10,375 nucleotides of DNA from Candidatus Methylomirabilia bacterium (GTDB taxonomy: Bacteria; Methylomirabilota; Methylomirabilia; Rokubacteriales; CSP1-6): contig JBGPXN010000164.1 of NCBI GenBank assembly GCA_041492755.1, positions 1 to 10,375 on the forward strand, given 5' to 3'. The notes beneath the pieces are model-generated. The model saw only the letters and a list, made by a program, of their open reading frames with translations, was not told where the DNA came from and made no database searches. Both the position numbers and the translations under genes were made by a program. Of this stretch, positions 1 through 5,901 are shown piece by piece (position 1 is the stretch's first letter; the number at the start of each line of letters is the position of its first letter).

Positions 1-137
1 ACGGGCAGCACGGCCCCGCGCACCAGGCCGTCGCCGACGGTACGGCCGTCGACCGCTTTGGCGAGCTGCTCGGATGGATTGGCCGCATGCGGACCGAACG
101 GCTCGAACCCGGTGACGAGGATCGCGCGGCCCGTCAC
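1..137 (-). CDS. pcp: Pyroglutamyl-peptidase I (pyrrolidone-carboxylate peptidase, peptidase C15), 5' part only; runs off the window start
   Basis: Not in the ORF track. Manual translation from GTG at 137 gives MTGRAILVTGFEPFGPHAANPSEQLAKAVDGRTVGDGLVRGAVLP(V). This contains the ILVTGFEPF..NPS N-terminal signature and the LPV motif of Pcp. The start overlaps the upstream stop as GTGA (137-134). Confidence 0.9.
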   Translation of the reverse strand, partial: MTGRAILVTGFEPFGPHAANPSEQLAKAVDGRTVGDGLVRGAVLP

Positions 138-430
138 ACCGGCATCCGGGCGAGGGCCGAGAGGAGCCAGCGCAAGCGGCGCGCGCTGGCGCCAAAGTCC
201 AGGCGGCGCGCCGTCTCGCTCTCGACCACGAGGCGCGCACCGCCGGCCTCCGGCGTGGCGGCCAGCCGGATCACCGCCGGCACGTAGCCGGAGGTTCGCG
301 CCTCCAGGGTGCACGCCTCGACGTCGTAACGGGTGATGCGGGCGCCCATCTGACGGAGCGCGGCGACGCTGCGAAACAGCGCGTCCTCGGGCGCCGCGGT
401 CACCACGACGTCACCGCGACGGTGAGCCAA
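134..430 (-). CDS. Small hypothetical protein (~98 aa), alpha/beta pattern, C-terminus loosely like DUF1499
   Basis: The ORF fills the gap between the pLGIC and pcp, overlapping pcp by 4 nt and the pLGIC 3' end by 20 nt. Composition is protein-like, and the C-terminal VESETARRLDFGASARRLRWLLSAL resembles the S..R...D(F/L)G.N..R ending I recall for DUF1499-like proteins. The TTG start at 430 has no clear RBS, so the start is uncertain. Confidence 0.65.
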   Translation of the reverse strand: MAHRRGDVVVTAAPEDALFRSVAALRQMGARITRYDVEACTLEARTSGYVPAVIRLAATPEAGGARLVVESETARRLDFGASARRLRWLLSALARMPV

Positions 431-1487
431 CGAGGAAGTACCAACTGATGAGGCTGGCCACCGCCAGCCCGAAGCTCGCGGGGTAGACCCACCGGAAGTG
501 CAGGTCGATCACCGTCGCGGCCGCGTCCTTGTTGTGGCGCTCCAGGGCGTGCAACGCGAGGCTCTCCACGGCCGCGAGGCCGATGAACAGATAACACATC
601 GTGATGAACGCGTCCATGAAGGTCAGGTACGACACGCGGGGCAGCGACCGGCTGATGGCGAAGTTCAGCGTGACCGCGGCCACCAGGCTCACGCAGCACA
701 CCGGCACCCGCGGATTGACGAGGGTGGGATCCATCCAGGTCGTGCAGTACGCGATCCCGATGATGAGCAGCAGCGGCACGAACAGCTTCCAGACGTAGTA
801 TTCGGGGCGCCGGCTCAGCTCGATGTCCAGCTCGAAGCGCGAATAGCTCGTGTCCTCGGGATCGGAGCGCTTGGCGACGACGCGCGTCGAGGAGGCGCCG
901 ATGACCCACTCGCTGGGCGGCGCCTCCCGGCCGACGCCCGAGATCTTGCTGTCGGCCGTGAACACGACCTCGCGGCTGTCGTGGATGAACGACTCGGCGG
1001 CGATCGTCACAATCTGCTTGTCGTAGGGGAACCATCTCAGATTCAGCCGCGTGGCGACGGTGGAATAGAAGCGCTCCTGATAGAACACGCTGCCATCGGG
1101 CGACACGCGGTACTCGTGGCTGACGCGCGTACGGTCGCGGGGCGCCGTGACCAGCTCGAGCCCCGGCCACCAGACCTGCTCCAGAGGGTACGCGCGTCGA
1201 TCGGTACCCACTGTCGCGGGGTCGTACGCGAGCCGCGGGTCCTTCCACTTGAGGAACAGATAGCCGGCGACGTTCACCGTCTCTTCGGCGGTCTCGATGC
1301 TCGCGATGTCGGTGATGAACATCCCGACGGCGACCAGAGTCGGTCGGCCGCTGTCCGGGCGACTCCTCATCCGGCTGGGCTCGTCGGCCACGGCTGGTCG
1401 AGCGAGCACGAGACCGAGGACAAGCATGGTGACGAGGACGAGACCCGGCCGTGGCGACGCGCGGAGGAGACGATGCGTTCGAGGCAC
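411..1487 (-). CDS. Prokaryotic pentameric ligand-gated ion channel (Pro-loop, GLIC/ELIC superfamily)
   Basis: N-terminal signal-like hydrophobic stretch ending AVA-D. The extracellular domain has WKDPRL, VWWP and the Pro-loop LRWFPYDKQ. It is followed by pre-M1 RRPEYYVWKLFVP and four hydrophobic helices, with the M2-M3 loop LPRVSYLTFMD and pre-M4 IDLHFRWVYP. The start is either GTG 1487 or ATG 1428. Confidence 0.92.
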   Translation of the reverse strand: MPRTHRLLRASPRPGLVLVTMLVLGLVLARPAVADEPSRMRSRPDSGRPTLVAVGMFITDIASIETAEETVNVAGYLFLKWKDPRLAYDPATVGTDRRAYPLEQVWWPGLELVTAPRDRTRVSHEYRVSPDGSVFYQERFYSTVATRLNLRWFPYDKQIVTIAAESFIHDSREVVFTADSKISGVGREAPPSEWVIGASSTRVVAKRSDPEDTSYSRFELDIELSRRPEYYVWKLFVPLLLIIGIAYCTTWMDPTLVNPRVPVCCVSLVAAVTLNFAISRSLPRVSYLTFMDAFITMCYLFIGLAAVESLALHALERHNKDAAATVIDLHFRWVYPASFGLAVASLISWYFLVGSPSR

Positions 1488-1495
1488 GAACCCGG

Positions 1496-1524
1496 ATTGT
1501 TGCGTTTTCGCGGAGCGAAGGCAA
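1496..1524 (-). promoter_or_regulatory. Putative sigma70-type promoter for the pLGIC unit
   Basis: The minus strand reads TTGCCT (1524-1519), a 17-nt spacer, then AACAAT (1501-1496). This ends 8 nt before the GTG at 1487, in one of the few AT-richer patches. Confidence 0.45.
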
Positions 1525-1553
1525 GCGCCGTGGCGCCCCGGGGGGCGAGCGAA

Positions 1554-1581
1554 CCCGGAGGGGGCGTGGGCCCCCTCCGGG
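1554..1581. repeat. REP-like perfect inverted repeat (12-bp stem, 4-nt loop); possible terminator or mRNA-stabilising hairpin after the Spy-like gene
   Basis: CCCGGAGGGGGC-GTGG-GCCCCCTCCGGG, 13 nt after the stop at 1595 on the minus strand. There is no poly-U tail. A related hairpin lies at 5875-5901. Confidence 0.7.
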
Positions 1582-1594
1582 CCGTGACCGTGGA

Positions 1595-2053
1595 CTACGC
1601 GCCGGTGCCGGCGGGAGCCTGGCGCTTGTGGTGGCGATGCCCGCCGAAGAAGCCCATCTGGGCCATTTTCTCGCGCTGCTCCTGCGAGAGGCTCGGCGCG
1701 ATTTCCTGGAGCATCTTCACGCGGAGCGCGAGGTCCTGACCGAGCAGCTGCTGGACCTCGGCCGCCTTTACGCGTACCGCATCTTCGGCCCCGCCGTTGA
1801 GCGCCAGCTGCCGCAGGTCGGTCTGCGCGAGGCGTAGCGCCTGCCAGAGCTGACGGCGCTCTTCGGCGTGGCGCTGGAAGGCCTGGCGAATGGCGGTCAT
1901 CTGGTCATCGGTGAAATTGAAGCGCTGCTGCAGACGCGCGGACCAGTGGTCGCGCTGGGCCTGGTCCGGCGCGGCGGCGGCAGGACCGGCGGCTGCGATC
2001 AGCCCGATGCAGAGCGCAAGGGCGCCGGCAACGGTGACGACGAGGTGTCTCAT
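1595..2053 (-). CDS. Periplasmic Spy/CpxP/ZraP (LTXXQ motif) family protein
   Basis: Sec signal peptide (MRHLVVTVAGALALCIGLIAAAGPAAA-A). Two LTXXQ-like motifs (FTDDQ, LSQEQREK), a Gln/Arg/Ala-rich helical body and a His-rich tail (GGHRHHKR). GGAGG RBS 6 nt before the ATG. Confidence 0.82.
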   Translation of the reverse strand: MRHLVVTVAGALALCIGLIAAAGPAAAAPDQAQRDHWSARLQQRFNFTDDQMTAIRQAFQRHAEERRQLWQALRLAQTDLRQLALNGGAEDAVRVKAAEVQQLLGQDLALRVKMLQEIAPSLSQEQREKMAQMGFFGGHRHHKRQAPAGTGA

Positions 2054-2081
2054 GGAACCCTCCTGTGTGGATCTTGACCGG

Positions 2082-2111
2082 TTAGACGCGCGGGTCCGGC
2101 CGGATGTTTAC
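2082..2111 (-). promoter_or_regulatory. Putative ECF-sigma promoter for the Spy-like gene, embedded in the last codons of lpdA
   Basis: The minus strand reads GTAAAC (2111-2106), N17, then CGTCTAA (2088-2082). This fits the AAC..CGT pattern of SigW/SigM/SigX-type ECF promoters and lies about 30 nt upstream of the ATG at 2053. Confidence 0.55.
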
Positions 2112-3497
2112 GCGAGCGGCCAGGAGGGTCTCGGCCGCCTCCATCAGCGTCTCGGCCAGGGTCGGGTGGGTGTGGATCGTCGCCGCCAGATCCTCGACGG
2201 TCAGCGCCGCCTCGAGCGCGAGCGCGGCCTCGGCGATCAGCTCACCGGCACCCGGCCCGACGATGCCCACGCCCAGGACGCGTCCGGTCTCGGCGTCGGC
2301 CACGATCTTCGTGAGCCCGTCGCTGCGGCCGAGCGTCGCGGCTCGGCCCGATGCGGCCCACGCGAAGCGCCCGACCCTGACCGTCCGCCCGCCGGCCGCC
2401 GCATCGCGCTCGGTGACGCCACACCACGCGATCTCCGGATCGGTGAAGACCACGGCCGGGATCGCCACGTTGTCGAACGCGGCCGGCTGCCCCGCGAGCG
2501 CTTCGGCCGCGACCTTCCCCTGGCGCATGGCCCGATGCGCGAGCATGGGATCGCCGGTCACGTCACCCACCGCGAAGACGTGCGGATCGTCGGTGCGGCA
2601 CTGCGCGTCGATCGCGATGACGCCGCGGCCGTCGACGCGTACCCGCGTGGTCCCGAGTCCCAGGTCGTCGCTCCCGGCGCGGCGGCCGACCGCGACCAGC
2701 ACGCGGTCGAAGAACTGCGTCTCCTGCCCCAGCAGCTTGACCTCCACCGCGCCGCCGGTGTCGCGCAGCTCGGTGAGGCGCGTGCCGAGGTGGATGGCGG
2801 CCAGGGTTTTCTCGCAGCGCCGCGCCAGGGGCAGGACGAGCTCGCGATCGACACCCGGCAACAGGCTGTCCGTAAGCTCCACGAGGGTCACGGCGCTGCC
2901 CAGCGCGGCGTAGACCTGCCCCAGCTCGAGGCCGATGTAGCCACCGCCGATCACGAGCAGGCGTTCGGGGATCTCGGCCACCTCGAGGGCGGCCGTCGAA
3001 TCCATGACGCGCTCGCTGGCCACGACGCCGGGCAGCCACGCCGGGCGCGAGCCGGTGGCGACGATGGCGTGGGCGAAGCGGATCTTCTGCGGCTCGTCGC
3101 CTTCGACGCGGAGCGCGCGCGAGCCCTCGAAGACCGCGTGCCCGCCCACGACCTCCACGTTCTTGCCGCGCGCCACCGACGCGAGACCGCGCGCCAGCTT
3201 GCCGACCACGCGCTCGGCCTTCCACTTGCGGAGCGCGTCGAGCGCAATCCTCGGCTCGCCGAAGTCGACGCCGATCTCCTTCGCGCGCTCGGCCTCACCG
3301 ATCACGAAGGCCACGTGCAGTAGCGCCTTGGACGGAATGCAGCCCTCGTAGAGGCACGCTCCGCCGAGCCGCCGGCCCGCGTCGACCACCACCGTCTCCA
3401 GCCCCAGGTCGGCGCAGCGGAACGCCGCCGAGTACCCGCCCGGTCCGCCCCCGACGACGACGACGTCGACTTCGCGGACCAGGTCGCCCATCACCAT
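2082..3497 (-). CDS. lpdA: Dihydrolipoyl dehydrogenase (E3)
   Basis: FAD-binding GGGPGGY, redox disulfide GGACLYEGCIPSK, ATGS, NAD-binding GGGYIGLE, GD motif and catalytic HPTLAE. Starts 1 nt after the E2 stop. Confidence 0.96.
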   Translation of the reverse strand: MVMGDLVREVDVVVVGGGPGGYSAAFRCADLGLETVVVDAGRRLGGACLYEGCIPSKALLHVAFVIGEAERAKEIGVDFGEPRIALDALRKWKAERVVGKLARGLASVARGKNVEVVGGHAVFEGSRALRVEGDEPQKIRFAHAIVATGSRPAWLPGVVASERVMDSTAALEVAEIPERLLVIGGGYIGLELGQVYAALGSAVTLVELTDSLLPGVDRELVLPLARRCEKTLAAIHLGTRLTELRDTGGAVEVKLLGQETQFFDRVLVAVGRRAGSDDLGLGTTRVRVDGRGVIAIDAQCRTDDPHVFAVGDVTGDPMLAHRAMRQGKVAAEALAGQPAAFDNVAIPAVVFTDPEIAWCGVTERDAAAGGRTVRVGRFAWAASGRAATLGRSDGLTKIVADAETGRVLGVGIVGPGAGELIAEAALALEAALTVEDLAATIHTHPTLAETLMEAAETLLAARVNIRPDPRV

Positions 3498-3498
3498 C

Positions 3499-4869
3499 TC
3501 AGAGCTCCAGCAGCAGGTGCTCGGGGTGCTCGAGGCGCCGTACGACGTCGGACGCGAAGCGTGCGCCGTCGGCGCCGTCGGCCACGCGATGGTCGAAGGT
3601 CAGGCTCAGCGGGAGCAACAGGCGCGGCTCGATTCGCCCCTCGCGCACCACGGCTTCCTCCCGCGCGCGCGCCACGCCGAGAATGGCGACTTCGGGATAG
3701 TTGATGATGGGAATGGCGCCGGTGCCGCCGAGCGCGCCGATGTTCGTGATCGTGAACGTCCCGCCCCGGAGATCGTCGAGGACGGCCTTGCCGGCGCGGA
3801 CGCGCTGGGCGAGCGCCCCGAGCTCGCGCGCGAGCTCCTGGATCGGCTTGCGGTCGACGTCGCGGATCACGGGCACGATCAGCCCGCGCTCCGTGGCGAC
3901 GGCCACGCCGAGGTGGACGTAGCGCTTGACGATCAGCTCGCCGGCGGCGGGATCGAGGCTCGCGTTGAACCGCGGGTGCGCGGCGAGCGCGAGCGCGGCG
4001 GCCTTGAGCAGGAAGCTGGTGAGGGTGAGGGTCACGCCCCGCGCCTTGGCGGCGTCGAGATTCCGTCGGATGACGGCGTCGAGGTCGGTGATGTCCGCGC
4101 GGTCGAAGTGGGTCACGTGCGGGATCAGCGTCGCGGACAGCGTCATTCGCTCCGCGATGGTCCGGCGCAAGGGCGAGAGCGGCCGGCGCTCGACCGGCCC
4201 CCATTGCTCGAAGCGCGGCAGTGGCGGCGGCTCGAGCCCGATGCTGGCCAGCGGCTTGGCGGGCCCGCGCTCTGCGCCTGGCCCGCGGTCCGCCCCCCCC
4301 TGCGGAGTGACCGCCGGCGTCGCGGACGGCGTCGATTCCGCGCGTGTCGCGGGCGGCCCGCCGGCCGCCGCCGCTCGGACGTCGTCGTCGGTGACCCGTC
4401 CTGCCGAGCCCGAGCCCGGCACGGTGCGCAGATCGACGCCGAGCTCGCGCGCGAGACGACGCGTGGCCGGCGTCGCGGGAACCGGGCCCGTCCGTGCAAT
4501 CGCCGGAGCGGCCGCCGGCGCCTCACGCGCGCGACCATCGATCACCCCCGTCGGCGACTCCGGCGCGGGCGTGCGCGCCGGGTCCATCGTGTCCGCGGCC
4601 TGCTGGCCCGGCGGCGTCTCCCGCCCGTCGCCGGCGTCGGCGAACGTCACGAGCACCGCGCCCACCCGCACGGTCTGGCCCGCCTGCACGTGGACCTTCT
4701 CGACGCGCCCGCTCACGGGCGACGGGATCTCGACCTGCGCCTTGGCGGTCTCCACCTCGAGCAGCGGCGCGTCTTCCTGGATGACGTCGCCCTCGTTGAC
4801 GAGAACCTTGACGATCTCGGCCTCGGTCAGTCCCTCGCCGAGATCGGGAAGCACGAATGGGCGCGCCAT
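3499..4869 (-). CDS. pdhC: Dihydrolipoamide acyltransferase (E2) of a 2-oxoacid dehydrogenase complex
   Basis: One lipoyl domain (LPDLGEGLTEAEI...EVETAKAQVEIPSP), an Ala/Pro linker, an E3-binding domain (ATPATRRLARELGVDL..V.GSG..GRVT..DV), and a catalytic domain with GGTFTITNIG and DHRVADGADGARF. GGAGG RBS at 4883-4879. Confidence 0.93.
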   Translation of the reverse strand: MARPFVLPDLGEGLTEAEIVKVLVNEGDVIQEDAPLLEVETAKAQVEIPSPVSGRVEKVHVQAGQTVRVGAVLVTFADAGDGRETPPGQQAADTMDPARTPAPESPTGVIDGRAREAPAAAPAIARTGPVPATPATRRLARELGVDLRTVPGSGSAGRVTDDDVRAAAAGGPPATRAESTPSATPAVTPQGGADRGPGAERGPAKPLASIGLEPPPLPRFEQWGPVERRPLSPLRRTIAERMTLSATLIPHVTHFDRADITDLDAVIRRNLDAAKARGVTLTLTSFLLKAAALALAAHPRFNASLDPAAGELIVKRYVHLGVAVATERGLIVPVIRDVDRKPIQELARELGALAQRVRAGKAVLDDLRGGTFTITNIGALGGTGAIPIINYPEVAILGVARAREEAVVREGRIEPRLLLPLSLTFDHRVADGADGARFASDVVRRLEHPEHLLLEL

Positions 4870-4885
4870 CGGCCGGGGCCTCCGC

Positions 4886-5866
4886 TCAGAACGCCAGGGT
4901 GTCGCGCGCCGCCGCCACCACGCGGGCGACGTCGGGCACGGTGGCCCGCTCGCGGGCGAAGCCGACGAACGGCACGTCGTAGGCGGTGACCCGCGCGATG
5001 GGCGCCTCCAGCGACAGGAACGCGCCCTCCATGATCGAGGCCGCGATCTCGGCGCCGGCGCCGAAGCTCTTCGGCGCCTCGTGCACGATCACCGCGCGCC
5101 CCGTCTTGGCGACGGAGGCGACGAGGGTCTCGCGGTCGAGCGGCGAGATCGTCAGCAGGTCGATCACCTCGGCCTGGACGCCGTCCTCGTCCTCGAGCAC
5201 CTGGGCGGCCTCGCGCGCCACGCGGAGCATGGCGCCGTAGGCGACGAGCGTGACGTCGCCCCCCTCGCGCACCACGTGGGCGCGGCCGATGGGCAGCGCC
5301 TCGATCTCGTCGGGCACGTCCTCCTTGGCCGCGTGGTAGAGCGCCTTGTGCTCAAAGAAGACGACGGGATCGGGATCGCGCAGCGCGCTCACCAGCAGCC
5401 CGCGCGCGTTGCGCGGCCCCGACGGAATGACCATCTTCAGGCCGGGGATGTGGGCGTAGAACTGCTCCTCGGACTCCGAGTGGTGCTCGAGCGCGCGCAC
5501 CCCACCCCCGTACGGCATGCGAATGACCATCGGGATGTGGAACCGGCTCTGCGAGCGCATACGGTAGCGGGCGGCGTGGTTCTCGATCTGGTGGAAGCAC
5601 TGGAACGCAAAGCCGGAGAACTGGATCTCGCACACGGGCCTGAGCCCGTAGAGCGCCATCCCGACGGCGGTGCCGATGATGCCGGCCTCGGCGAGCGGGC
5701 TGTCGATCACGCGCTTGCCCCCGAACTTGCGGTGCAGGTCCTCGGTGACGCGGAATACGCCGCCGTCGACGCCGACGTCCTCGCCGATGATGACGACGTC
5801 CGCGTCGCGCTCCATCTCCTGGAGCAGCGCCCGGTTCAACGCCTTGACCATGTTCAGCTTGGCCAT
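4886..5866 (-). CDS. pdhB: 2-oxoacid (pyruvate or branched-chain) dehydrogenase E1 beta subunit
   Basis: GEDVGVDGGVFRVT, DSPLAEAGIIG, EIQF, HHSESEE, IPGLKMVIPS and DPVVFFEHKALY motifs. Strong GAGGAGG RBS just before the ATG. Confidence 0.95.
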   Translation of the reverse strand: MAKLNMVKALNRALLQEMERDADVVIIGEDVGVDGGVFRVTEDLHRKFGGKRVIDSPLAEAGIIGTAVGMALYGLRPVCEIQFSGFAFQCFHQIENHAARYRMRSQSRFHIPMVIRMPYGGGVRALEHHSESEEQFYAHIPGLKMVIPSGPRNARGLLVSALRDPDPVVFFEHKALYHAAKEDVPDEIEALPIGRAHVVREGGDVTLVAYGAMLRVAREAAQVLEDEDGVQAEVIDLLTISPLDRETLVASVAKTGRAVIVHEAPKSFGAGAEIAASIMEGAFLSLEAPIARVTAYDVPFVGFARERATVPDVARVVAAARDTLAF

Positions 5867-5874
5867 ATTCCTCC

Positions 5875-5901
5875 TCGGAGGGGGGCTTCGCCCCCTACCG
5901 A
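5875..5901. repeat. REP-like hairpin between pdhA and pdhB, overlapping the pdhA stop and adjoining the pdhB RBS
   Basis: The minus strand reads TCGG-TA-GGGGGC-GAA-GCCCCC-CT-CCGA followed by GGAGGAATATG. It shares the CGGAGGGGG..CCCCCT(A)CCG core with the hairpin at 1554-1581. Confidence 0.6.

Noticed and set aside
400..1524. 374-aa minus-strand ORF overlapping the pLGIC in another frame
   Set aside because: It has an Arg/His-rich off-frame composition, and the 411-1487 frame carries all the family motifs.
4250..4640. Low-complexity Ala/Pro/Thr-rich stretches in E2 as possible insertions or repeats
   Set aside because: These are the ordinary flexible linkers of dihydrolipoamide acyltransferases.
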